A stretch of DNA of 64,000 nucleotides from Saprospiraceae bacterium (GCA_026989035.1 JALSKB010000052.1:4553-68552), one strand, 5' to 3'; counted from the first letter of the stretch, positions 26,710-35,440 are shown. Made by a program: numbers and translations. The notes: generated by a model not told the origin, from the sequence alone.

Positions 26710-27114
26710 ATGGAAAGAAGGAAAAAACAATACAGCCTGGAAATTTTCGATTCGCTTTTCAGCCCCTATGAAACACTGGCAGAAGGTGAGAAAAGAAAGG
26801 CCTATTACAAAGAAGCTACCGATGCCAAAGGCGAGAAAACAGTTTGGTACAAAGTTTGGATTTATTTGGATGGTCCGGATTTGCCCTTTGTACAAAGTGT
26901 TACTTATAAACTACATCCAACCTTCCCCAATCCCGTCCGCCATATCAGTTGCACTCCGGATAATCCCAAAGCAGCTTTTTACATCTGGACCTGGGGCGTC
27001 TTCACCATTGAAGCTGAAATTGAAGATCTGAAAGGGCGAACCATGCGCACCTCTCATTTTCTTACTTACGATAGCCTCTTGAGAAATGAAAGCATCGAAT
27101 GGGTTAAGGTATGA
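26710..27114 (+). CDS. Small soluble protein resembling the prokaryotic YEATS (pYEATS) domain
   Basis: 134 aa. The core WYKVWIYLDGPDLPFVQSVTYKLHPTFPNPV ... FYIWTWGVFTIEAEI matches my recollection of the pYEATS signature (beta-rich, aromatic, 'V.Y.LHPTF'). Confidence 0.55.
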   Translation: MERRKKQYSLEIFDSLFSPYETLAEGEKRKAYYKEATDAKGEKTVWYKVWIYLDGPDLPFVQSVTYKLHPTFPNPVRHISCTPDNPKAAFYIWTWGVFTIEAEIEDLKGRTMRTSHFLTYDSLLRNESIEWVKV

Positions 27115-30100
27115 GTTTTTTTTCGGGAGAACTCTTTTGATCATCTTGCCTGCCCTTTGCCTTTTGGTCTTGGCAAACAAGACAAAAGCGCAAATGTGGA
27201 ACGGGCAAGATTCCCTGTATGGCTACGAGTGGATTGATTACGATAAAACCTGGTATAAGTTTGGCGTAAGCGAAGACGGCTGGTATCGCATTCCCTATGA
27301 AGTATTGCAAAGCATCTTACCTGTCAATCTGCCGGCAAGCCATATCCAACTCTACCACCTGGGGCGCCCCGTAAAAATACACGCATCTACAACAGGGCCT
27401 CTACAAACTGGAGATTATCTGGAGTTTTACGGATTGAAAAACCGAGGTGAACTTGACTCCTTTCTCTATGCTCAACCGGAGCAAATGTTTAATCCATATG
27501 TCAGCCTTTTTAACGACACTTCTACTTACTTTTTGAGCTGGGACGATCAACAATCTTTTTCCGGGTTTGTGCAAGAGTGGCCTAACGATATCTCTTCCCC
27601 TCCCCCTGCTGAACTTTATTGCACGGCAGAAACTCTCGTAGCTTTCAACGAAAGCTACATCAAACGGTCGGTCTCTTACGGTGGGGAGGAAATCAGCTAT
27701 TCCCACTTTCGAGATGCTGAAGGTTACTCATCGTCTTGGAGTACAGATCGAACTGTGTCCTTACCTGCCAGCGGTCTCTACCTGGCAGGCCCTCAAGCGG
27801 AGTTGAATCTTAGCTTCTCCGGCAAACACGGAAACCACCTTCAACAAGTCTTGCTCAACGGCAATTTGTTGGAAGAATTTTCTACCTATGGAATGGTCGG
27901 TCAAAAACCGGTTTATTCGCTTGACCCCTCTGAGTTGAGCGAACAAAATATCGTAGAAATTAAGGGCGTTTTTGACAATTTCGACAAAATTAAAACAGGA
28001 TATGTAAGGCTGCGCTATCCAAGACAATTTGACTTTGGCTCTGATACTTTGAATCTGTTTAGCCTTTCGGCAAATGGCAGCCCGCAGTACCTGGAAATAG
28101 CCGGATATGACAACAGCAGCGCAAAGCCTGCTTTGTACGACCTGAGCAACGGATATCGCATCGACCCGATTTACGAAAACGGATTGTTGAAAGCGGTGTT
28201 TCCGCCGGCAGAGGGAAGCAGAAAAGTATTGCTCGTCAAAGAAAAAATTTATGCCGAAATAACGGAGTTGACAGCTGTTTCTTTTGATAACATCCCCGAC
28301 AACTCGGCTCAATTTATCATTATCTATCACCCCGATTTAAACGAATCGTACAACGGTCAAAATCCCGTAGAGGCTTATGTGCAATATCGCAGCTCTGCTT
28401 CAGGGAATGCCATGACCACTGTTGCCATAGACATCCATCAGCTATACGACCAATTTGCTTACGGCATCAAACGGCATCCTCTGGCCATCCGGAATTTTGC
28501 CTTTTACGCCAAAAAACACTGGCCGGAGGCCTCCTACCTCTTTCTCATCGGGCGAGGATACACCTATACCGGCATACGCAGCAGTTATCAACTCGGGCTG
28601 CACCAGGGTGTTGATTTCTTTATTCCCACCTTTGGTACGCCACCCTCCGACAATCTGCTCGTGGCCGATCCTGCTGCGACAGAGATGGCTTTGCCTATAG
28701 GCCGCCTTCCGGCAAAAACTCCCAAAGAGGTCATGGATTACCTCGAGAAGGTCGAGCAATTTGAAGCCAACCAAATGGATTTGCCGCAAACCATCAGCGA
28801 CAAAGCCTGGATGAAAGAAATCATGCATCTGGGAGGTGGGAGCTCTAGTGGACAGCAACAATACATCAAAGGTGTACTTCTCCAAATGGAAAACACCATA
28901 GCAAACAACCTTTTTGGTGGTCATGTAACATCCTTTTATAAAACCAGCTCTAACCCCATAGAAACGACCCAGTCCGAAGCCTTAAAGCAGCGCATCAATG
29001 AGGGCTTGTCTATTTTGACTTTTTACGGTCATTCCAGTGCCAACACCTTTGACTTTAATTTTGACAACCCGGATAGCTACGACAATTACGGCAAATATCC
29101 CTGGATGATGTCTTACGGCTGTTTTTCCGGTAATGCGTTTTCTTCCAATGTGGGTATCGGAGAGCGTTTTGTCCTTGCTCCCGAACGGGGCTCCATAGCT
29201 TTTTCGGCTTCCACCTCTTTTGCCTTTAGCAATTCTTTGGAGCAACTTGGAAAGCACACGTATGAGCTTATAGGTGGAGCTCTTTACGGCATGGGGATAG
29301 GTGATTTTCTTCGTTTTTCAACGGAATATTTGTGGGCTTCCAGCGCGACGGGGGATCGGGAATTGGGCGAGCAAAACGTCTTACAGGGCGATCCTTCATT
29401 GCGGTTAAATCCTCATCCGGGCCCTGATTACCTGCCTGATCCGGCCTCTGTGGGTTTTGCACCGGAATTTCTCAACACGGAGCTCGACAGCCTGGAGTTC
29501 TTTTTTGATATCGTCAATCTGGGTGTGAACCAGACAGACAGTTTGCTCCAGGTACAAGTAGAACAACGCCTGCCCGATGGCAACCGCGTTTTGCTCATCG
29601 ACAGCTTGGTACCTGCACCGGCTTTTCGTTCGACATTTCGCTTTGCCCTGCCGGGTTTTGGCGAAGCTGCTCGCGGAATGAATCGCTTCTACCTCACCTT
29701 GGATGCCGCCAACCGTATCCAGGAACTACCGTCAGCAGCAGAAAACAACAACCGACTCATCGGCCCGGATGGAGAAGAAGGCCTTCCTGTTTACATCGTA
29801 TCCAACGATCTTCTGCCCTTAGACCCACCGGATTTTTCCATCGTGCAAGAATCCAACCCTACGCTCAGGGCCTCAAGTCTGAATCCATTTGCCGAAAGGC
29901 AAAAATTTATCTTTCAAATCGACACCACAGAGCATTTCAACAGTCCTTTGTTGCAGCAAGGTGAAATTGAACAGCAAGGTGGGGTACTTAGCTGGCAGCC
30001 CATGCTCAATATGGAGGACAGCACCGTCTATTACTGGCGTATCAGCCCCGACAGCTTGCCTCCGGTAGGCTATCGATGGAGGTATAGCTCTTTTGTTTAT

Positions 30101-32143
30101 TTGCCTCAAAGTGCAAATGGCTGGAACCAATCTCATTTCTTCCAATTTGCCAAGAACGAATTTTCCTTCATGGAGTGGCCGGAAGAAACCCGCACCCTGG
30201 ATTTTGCCAGCAATTTCATCGACGTCAAAATTAAAAACAGAATTTACGATCCTCCTTACGGCATACCCCGCTATTTCATCGGAAACGAAACCATAGCCAG
30301 CTACTACGGATATTCCGCTCTGCCCGCTGGTGTTATGGTGGGCGTTCTGGATTCACTTACAGCGGAGCCTTGGATCAACCCGGGTGGATTGCCCTATGGA
30401 GACGATATCTCCATCAACGGGCAGGGTGGCTTCCTCTTCTTCACTTCCGATTCCCTGCAAAGGGCTGAATTGATTGACTTTTTGGAAAATACAGTACCTA
30501 ACGGTTTTTACGTGGTCTTCTTTACCGTTCAAAAAAACGCCAGTGCGAGCTATAAGCCGGAAGAGTGGGTCAACGATCTCATCCCGTACCTCCAGGCTCA
30601 AGGGTGTAGCCTTGTATCTCAATTACCGGATGAGGAAACCGTAAAGCCCTATTCCCTTTTTTACCGCAAAGGACATCCGGAATATGGTGTCAATGAAACC
30701 ATCACCGAACCCGGCCAAGTAAGTGAACAACACAACGCCCTTCCGGGCGATTGGGACTTCGGCCACTTGAGTTCGGTGCTCATCGGCCCGGCCCAAAGCT
30801 GGGAGAGTCTGCAGTGGAAATGGGGGGTACAAGATAGCAGCGATGTGGTGGACATTAAGGTTTACGGCATCCGCTCATCCGGCCAAGACAGCCTCATTTT
30901 TTCAGGGCTGAGTGCGGAATTTCAGGATTTACAGAATATTTCCGCATTGAACTTTCCGTATTTGCAGTTGGAGTATGCTGCCCAAGATGAAATACATCGC
31001 TCTCCTCCTCAACTCAAATTCTGGCGAGTACTTTATGAAGGGCTCCCCGATGCAGCGGTAGCTCCCAACAGCTTCTTCAACTTCCATGCTGACAGCTTGC
31101 AACAAGGAGATCGGCTAAACTTAGAGCTGGCCATAGTGAATACTTCAAAATATGAGATGGACAGCATATTGGTTCGCTTCAGCTTGTTAAGCAGCAGCAA
31201 TGAACTGATTGAGATAGATAAACGCTTTGCCCCTTTACCGGCTTATGACAGCTTGCACATCTATTTCTCTTACGACACCTACGGGCTGGAAGGCAACTAC
31301 ACCCTCAACCTCCTTTTGAATCCCGAAGCAGAACAAGCCGAGCGCAGTTATGAAAACAATCGCTTGAGCATTCCCTTTTATGTGATCAAAGACCAACGCA
31401 ACCCCTTATTGGATGTAACTTTCGATGGCGAGCACATTTTCGACGGCGATCTGGTGTCTGCGGAACCTGAAGTGCTCATTCAACTCAAGGATGAAAATCC
31501 GTTCTTGCCCATTGCCGACACCACAGCCTTTGAGCTCTTGCTCAAAGAACCGGATGGTCAATTAAAACGCCTCTATTTCAGCCAGCCCGAGTTGAGTTTT
31601 GTTCCGGCTACCAAGGAAGACAACCGAGCTTATGCCCGCTGGACACCCCGCTTTGAAAAAGATGGAGAATACCGCCTCTACATTTCCGCCCGCGATGCCA
31701 GTGGAAACGAAAGTGGCGACCTCAATTACGCCTTGTCGCAATCTGAGTTTGGCTATGATTTTGAGCAGCGCTTCAAAGTATTTACAACAGCTGCCATTTC
31801 CAATGTACTGACCTATCCCAACCCCTTTTCTACGCAAACGTATTTCGTTTATACCCTGACGGGCAGTAAAGCACCCGCAGACTTTCGCATTCAGATTTAC
31901 ACGGTATCCGGGCGTTTGGTGCGCCAATTAACTCAAGCTGATTTGGGGCCTCTGCGCGTGGGAACCCACCGTACCGATTTGCCTTGGGATGGTACGGACC
32001 AATACGGCGACCCTTTAGCCAAAGGCGTTTATCTCTATCGCATTTTGGCCAGAGATGCTGAGGGCAAAGAGCTGGATTTTTTTCCTACCGGAGCTGACGC
32101 TTATTTCCAGCAGGGTTTTGGCAAACTGGTTATTCTTCGTTAG
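27086..32143 (+). CDS. Giant C25-family (gingipain-like) cysteine peptidase, PorU-like putative T9SS sortase, with a C-terminal FlgD-Ig/T9SS-type domain
   Basis: 1685 aa with a signal peptide. The PorU-like N-terminus reads YEWIDYDKTWYKFGVSEDGWYRIPY. A His/Cys dyad context is present (ILTFYGHSSAN ... MMSYGCFSGNAF). The C-terminus reads YPNPFSTQTYFVYTL...IYTVSGRLV...GVYLYRI. Confidence 0.75.
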   Translation: MKASNGLRYEFFFGRTLLIILPALCLLVLANKTKAQMWNGQDSLYGYEWIDYDKTWYKFGVSEDGWYRIPYEVLQSILPVNLPASHIQLYHLGRPVKIHASTTGPLQTGDYLEFYGLKNRGELDSFLYAQPEQMFNPYVSLFNDTSTYFLSWDDQQSFSGFVQEWPNDISSPPPAELYCTAETLVAFNESYIKRSVSYGGEEISYSHFRDAEGYSSSWSTDRTVSLPASGLYLAGPQAELNLSFSGKHGNHLQQVLLNGNLLEEFSTYGMVGQKPVYSLDPSELSEQNIVEIKGVFDNFDKIKTGYVRLRYPRQFDFGSDTLNLFSLSANGSPQYLEIAGYDNSSAKPALYDLSNGYRIDPIYENGLLKAVFPPAEGSRKVLLVKEKIYAEITELTAVSFDNIPDNSAQFIIIYHPDLNESYNGQNPVEAYVQYRSSASGNAMTTVAIDIHQLYDQFAYGIKRHPLAIRNFAFYAKKHWPEASYLFLIGRGYTYTGIRSSYQLGLHQGVDFFIPTFGTPPSDNLLVADPAATEMALPIGRLPAKTPKEVMDYLEKVEQFEANQMDLPQTISDKAWMKEIMHLGGGSSSGQQQYIKGVLLQMENTIANNLFGGHVTSFYKTSSNPIETTQSEALKQRINEGLSILTFYGHSSANTFDFNFDNPDSYDNYGKYPWMMSYGCFSGNAFSSNVGIGERFVLAPERGSIAFSASTSFAFSNSLEQLGKHTYELIGGALYGMGIGDFLRFSTEYLWASSATGDRELGEQNVLQGDPSLRLNPHPGPDYLPDPASVGFAPEFLNTELDSLEFFFDIVNLGVNQTDSLLQVQVEQRLPDGNRVLLIDSLVPAPAFRSTFRFALPGFGEAARGMNRFYLTLDAANRIQELPSAAENNNRLIGPDGEEGLPVYIVSNDLLPLDPPDFSIVQESNPTLRASSLNPFAERQKFIFQIDTTEHFNSPLLQQGEIEQQGGVLSWQPMLNMEDSTVYYWRISPDSLPPVGYRWRYSSFVYLPQSANGWNQSHFFQFAKNEFSFMEWPEETRTLDFASNFIDVKIKNRIYDPPYGIPRYFIGNETIASYYGYSALPAGVMVGVLDSLTAEPWINPGGLPYGDDISINGQGGFLFFTSDSLQRAELIDFLENTVPNGFYVVFFTVQKNASASYKPEEWVNDLIPYLQAQGCSLVSQLPDEETVKPYSLFYRKGHPEYGVNETITEPGQVSEQHNALPGDWDFGHLSSVLIGPAQSWESLQWKWGVQDSSDVVDIKVYGIRSSGQDSLIFSGLSAEFQDLQNISALNFPYLQLEYAAQDEIHRSPPQLKFWRVLYEGLPDAAVAPNSFFNFHADSLQQGDRLNLELAIVNTSKYEMDSILVRFSLLSSSNELIEIDKRFAPLPAYDSLHIYFSYDTYGLEGNYTLNLLLNPEAEQAERSYENNRLSIPFYVIKDQRNPLLDVTFDGEHIFDGDLVSAEPEVLIQLKDENPFLPIADTTAFELLLKEPDGQLKRLYFSQPELSFVPATKEDNRAYARWTPRFEKDGEYRLYISARDASGNESGDLNYALSQSEFGYDFEQRFKVFTTAAISNVLTYPNPFSTQTYFVYTLTGSKAPADFRIQIYTVSGRLVRQLTQADLGPLRVGTHRTDLPWDGTDQYGDPLAKGVYLYRILARDAEGKELDFFPTGADAYFQQGFGKLVILR
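28062..28074 (+). repeat. GCCTTTCGGCAAA word copy
   Basis: Exact 13-mer in the PorU-like gene, read as L-S-A-N. Confidence 0.9.
29888..29900 (-). repeat. GCCTTTCGGCAAA word copy
   Basis: TTTGCCGAAAGGCAAA on the + strand in the PorU-like gene, read as F-A-E-R-Q. Confidence 0.9.
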
Positions 32144-32177
32144 AACAAATGCAAAAAGAAAGCGGAATCATCTTGGA

Positions 32178-33143
32178 TCAAAATAAGCTTTCGATGATGT
32201 GTTCTTCGGTGATACCTTCCGCCTCGGCTTTGTAATTGCGCACAATGCGGTGGCGCAACACGTATTTGGCAATGGCTCGCACATCTTCTTCGTCAGGGGC
32301 GTACTTGCCGTGGATGCCGGCATGACATTTGGCGCCAAGGACCAGATACTGGGACGCTCGAGGGCCCGCTCCCCAGGAGATGTAGTTGTTTACGGCTTCG
32401 GTAGCGTGTTCTGTGCCCGGTCGAGTGCGAACAGCCAGAGAAACGGCATATTCAAGGACGTGGTCGGATACGGGTATTTTTCTGACCAATTGTTGGAATG
32501 CCAAGATATCCGAATCGCTGAGAATGTGCTTTAGTTCGTAATTTTGAGGAGCTGTAGTTTGTCGAACGACTTGGATTTCCTCTTGATAAGAGGGGTAGTC
32601 CAAGGGGATATTAAACATGAAGCGGTCGAGTTGGGCTTCGGGCAGTGGATAGGTACCCTCTTGTTCTATGGGGTTTTGGGTTGCCAAAACGAAAAAGGGT
32701 GCGGGCAGGGGGTGGCGTTCGCCACCTACTGTAACGGATCGCTCTTGCATGGCTTCCAACAAGGCAGCTTGTGTTTTAGGCGGGGTACGGTTGATTTCAT
32801 CGGCCAATACGATGTTGGCGAAAACGGGACCTCGATTGAAGTGGAAATGCCTTTCTTCATCCATGACTTCCGAGCCCGTGATATCCGAAGGCATCAGGTC
32901 CGGGGTGAATTGGATGCGCTTGAAGTCCAAATCGAGCACTTCGGCGATGGTACTGATGAGCAGTGTTTTGGCCAGCCCGGGCACGCCTACCAAAAGGCTG
33001 TGCCCGTTGCTGAAAAGGGATATGATGACTGCCTGTACCACTTCGTTTTGTCCTACAATGACTTTGCTGATCTCATTGCTGAGGTCGCGATAAGCTTGAG
33101 CCATGGCGTCCACGCCTTCTCTATCGGATTGGAATTTTTTCAT
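32178..33143 (-). CDS. MoxR-family AAA+ ATPase
   Basis: Walker A context LLVGVPGLAKT, IQFTPDLMPSDITG, Walker B LADEINRTPPKTQAALLEAMQE. ATG 33143 is the start. Confidence 0.9.
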   Translation of the reverse strand: MKKFQSDREGVDAMAQAYRDLSNEISKVIVGQNEVVQAVIISLFSNGHSLLVGVPGLAKTLLISTIAEVLDLDFKRIQFTPDLMPSDITGSEVMDEERHFHFNRGPVFANIVLADEINRTPPKTQAALLEAMQERSVTVGGERHPLPAPFFVLATQNPIEQEGTYPLPEAQLDRFMFNIPLDYPSYQEEIQVVRQTTAPQNYELKHILSDSDILAFQQLVRKIPVSDHVLEYAVSLAVRTRPGTEHATEAVNNYISWGAGPRASQYLVLGAKCHAGIHGKYAPDEEDVRAIAKYVLRHRIVRNYKAEAEGITEEHIIESLF

Positions 33144-33242
33144 GTTCGTGTTTTTGCAGGCTGCAAAGATAGACAAAGCCCGCAGACTTCCGCATGCAGG
33201 GCAGCTACGGGCTAAACACTTTGCCTTGTACCAGGGGTCTTT

Positions 33243-34124
33243 TTACTCTTCTTCATCCTTGCCCATCAGTTCATCTACGGCATCTTCTATTTTATCTCCC
33301 ACGACTTCTGCAATGGCTTTGGCAGTATCTACGACATCAGAAAGAGATTCGGCAAGCAAAACTCCTGCTGCTTCCAAGAAAGAACCTTCGTCCTGCTTCG
33401 AGCTTGCTTCCTTTGATGAGTGAGCTTCTTCGTTTTTTTCTTCAGCAGCCTCTGGCTGTTTTTCGTCCTTTTTTTCTTGTTTTTCCTGTTGTTCTACACT
33501 GGCTGCCAATTTTTCTTTGTTGCGCTGCACCTCTTCTTCTATTTTTTTTCGTGCAGCTTCTGCCGCCTCTTTTTTCTTTCGGGCCATTTCAGCTCTGCGC
33601 TTGCGCTCTTCTTCTCGAGCTATCAGTTTTTCCCGTTTCTGTTCCAGCTCAATTTTGGTTTTGAGCATGTCTTTGAGTTTTTCTTCTTTGGAGTGCAAGC
33701 GTTCTTTAATCATATTGACTTTGGCACGGCGTAGTTCGGCTTCGAGTTGATTGTCGGCTTGGCTGATTCTGCGCTCTTGAAATTCCAAATCATTGCGTTC
33801 GCGTTCTACAGAGCGCTCCATGCGCTCTATGGCAGCGATCAGCCCAGCGTAGCGTTTTTCCAGGCGTTGTAAGGGGGTGATTTCTTCAGCTTCATCTCCA
33901 AAATGCCGGCGGCGAGCAGCTTTAAAAGCTTTGTCAATTTTTTCCCAGATGCGGCGGCGATGTCCTTTGGTGAACTCCGTTTCTTTGACTTTGCGTTGTA
34001 GTGCTTTTAGCTCCTCGAACAGCTTTTTAAACTTGGCGTTCCCCTCTATTTTCTTTTCGATTTCAGCCAGTTCTTCCAACAGCTTTTCGTAGTTTTCTTT
34101 GGACGTTTTTTTAAAAGCTGCCAT
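33243..34124 (-). CDS. K/E/R-rich coiled-coil protein (downstream frame of a possible frameshifted gene)
   Basis: 293-aa ORF that is highly charged and helical. It overlaps the upstream ORF by 79 nt in the -1 frame. It shares a helical repeat motif (Q..V.E....K.H...I....D..F) with the upstream ORF. Confidence 0.6.
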   Translation of the reverse strand: MAAFKKTSKENYEKLLEELAEIEKKIEGNAKFKKLFEELKALQRKVKETEFTKGHRRRIWEKIDKAFKAARRRHFGDEAEEITPLQRLEKRYAGLIAAIERMERSVERERNDLEFQERRISQADNQLEAELRRAKVNMIKERLHSKEEKLKDMLKTKIELEQKREKLIAREEERKRRAEMARKKKEAAEAARKKIEEEVQRNKEKLAASVEQQEKQEKKDEKQPEAAEEKNEEAHSSKEASSKQDEGSFLEAAGVLLAESLSDVVDTAKAIAEVVGDKIEDAVDELMGKDEEE

Positions 34125-34660
34125 TGCGTTCGCAATTCCTTCATTTTAGCGAAGAGCTCATCAGTTCCCTGGCGAATTTCATCGGCATGGTCTTTAAAGA
34201 GGGTGCGTTCGCGAACCTGCTGCTGCACTTTGCCCCAAAAAGAGCGCAGGTGCTCCCACATTTCATTGCTGTAATCACTTAGGGAAGCGATTTGCTCTTT
34301 TAAGGTTTCCAATTCGCTGCGGTAAGCCTGATAGACTTTGTTCGAGAGCATCAGGTAATTCCATTCGGCTTGTACGCGTTTGAGCAAATTTTCTTCCTCC
34401 TCTGTAGCTGCTTTCAGGCCTTCCGGCAAAATGCTTTCCGTTACACTGACCTTTGTTTTGAGGGGAGAATATCCGCCCGGGAAATTCACCTCTTCTCCTT
34501 TTCTCCATTGGTCAATGAGTTGTTCTTCCAATTCTTCGGTAACAACGCCTTCCGGCAGCTTCCAAACATCGATATCTCCTTTGTTTTCGTCGAGTGAGAG
34601 AGCCAGGAGATAACGCTCCCCTGCATCGTTTTTGCTCCAAAGTACGAGTCTGGTTTTCAT
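34046..34660 (-). CDS. Hypothetical protein (upstream frame of a possible frameshifted gene)
   Basis: 204-aa ORF. The last 26 codons after the A7 run are lysine/arginine-rich and look like out-of-frame read-on. Confidence 0.55.
   Translation of the reverse strand: MKTRLVLWSKNDAGERYLLALSLDENKGDIDVWKLPEGVVTEELEEQLIDQWRKGEEVNFPGGYSPLKTKVSVTESILPEGLKAATEEEENLLKRVQAEWNYLMLSNKVYQAYRSELETLKEQIASLSDYSNEMWEHLRSFWGKVQQQVRERTLFKDHADEIRQGTDELFAKMKELRTQWQLLKKRPKKTTKSCWKNWLKSKRK
34106..34112 (-). other. A_AAA_AAA heptamer: candidate -1 ribosomal frameshift / transcriptional slippage / homopolymer-error site
   Basis: On the minus strand the zero frame reads CTT TTA AAA AAA CGT. The heptamer A AAA AAA is in X_XXY_YYZ register, and a -1 shift enters the frame of ORF 33243..34124. 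Confidence 0.4.
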
Positions 34661-34879
34661 GTCTGTGTGCTTTTCGGTGTAAGTTTATTCCTTTTGTGGG
34701 CAGCGGCAAAAGTTGCTGATGCCTGTGATTTTCCCTTAAGAGCAAGTCGAGCAGATTTCATGAGCCGGCCTGCTCTTTCGCCTGTATTCCCCTGCTACAG
34801 GCTACCTCTTTTTTAGAGGAAGTGTGGCATGTAGGTCAATTAAGCCAAGGCAAAAGTAAGAAAAACGGACGGCTTTTCT

Positions 34880-34887
34880 TATATTTG
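34880..34887 (+). promoter_or_regulatory. Bacteroidota-type -7 promoter box
   Basis: TATATTTG lies 29 nt upstream of ATG 34916. It is fused to a copy of the TTTGCCGAAAGGC word. Confidence 0.45.
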
Positions 34888-34896
34888 CCGAAAGGC
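34884..34896 (-). repeat. GCCTTTCGGCAAA word copy (intergenic)
   Basis: TTTGCCGAAAGGC on the + strand, overlapping the -7 box. Confidence 0.9.
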
Positions 34897-34915
34897 AATA
34901 AAAACATCAAAAAGC

Positions 34916-35428
34916 ATGCAACGACCATTTTCCTTTCAAGGCTGGATCGACGAACATCGCCACTTGCTCAAGCCTCCCGTGGGCAACCAACAGGTATTTT
35001 TAGACAACAAAGACTTCATCGTGATGGTTGTCGGCGGGCCTAATGGCCGGAAGGATTACCACTATAACGAGGGCGAAGAGCTTTTCTTTCAGGTGGAAGG
35101 CGACATGACTCTGAAAATCATCAACGAAGAGGGCAAGCCGGAAGACATTCCCATTCGGGAAGGGGAAATGTTTCTTCTCCCTCCGCGCGTGCCTCATTCT
35201 CCTCAGCGACCGGCAGGTACAGTGGGCTTGGTTATTGAGCGATATCGCAAACCCGATGAGTACGACAAGTTGATGTGGTTTTGCGAAAACTGTCACGAAA
35301 AGCTACACGAAGAACGCTTCTTGCTGGAAGACATCGTGGGGCAGCTCAAAGTGGCCATCGAAAATTTCTTTTCCAATGAGGAACTGCGCCGCTGTAAAAG
35401 CTGTGGGGCCCTCATGGAAAAGGCGTAA
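34916..35428 (+). CDS. nbaC: 3-hydroxyanthranilate 3,4-dioxygenase
   Basis: Cupin core with DYHYNEGEELFFQVEGDM ... PPRVPHSPQR and a C-terminal CxxC...CxxC rubredoxin-like site (CENCH...CKSCG). The 170-aa length fits. Confidence 0.85.
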   Translation: MQRPFSFQGWIDEHRHLLKPPVGNQQVFLDNKDFIVMVVGGPNGRKDYHYNEGEELFFQVEGDMTLKIINEEGKPEDIPIREGEMFLLPPRVPHSPQRPAGTVGLVIERYRKPDEYDKLMWFCENCHEKLHEERFLLEDIVGQLKVAIENFFSNEELRRCKSCGALMEKA

Positions 35429-35440
35429 TTTTGCGGCTCC

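Noticed and set aside
33103-33750. Several plus-strand ORFs (33103..33423, 33194..33664, 33420..33734, 33517..33750) rich in F/L/S.
   Set aside because: They are mirror-image artefacts of the K/E/R-rich coiled-coil gene on the minus strand (GAA/AAG codons read as TTC/CTT).
33400-33750. Possible tandem DNA repeat in the K/E-rich region.
   Set aside because: I saw a purine-rich codon bias but no exact repeating period. It is treated as compositional low complexity of a coiled-coil gene.
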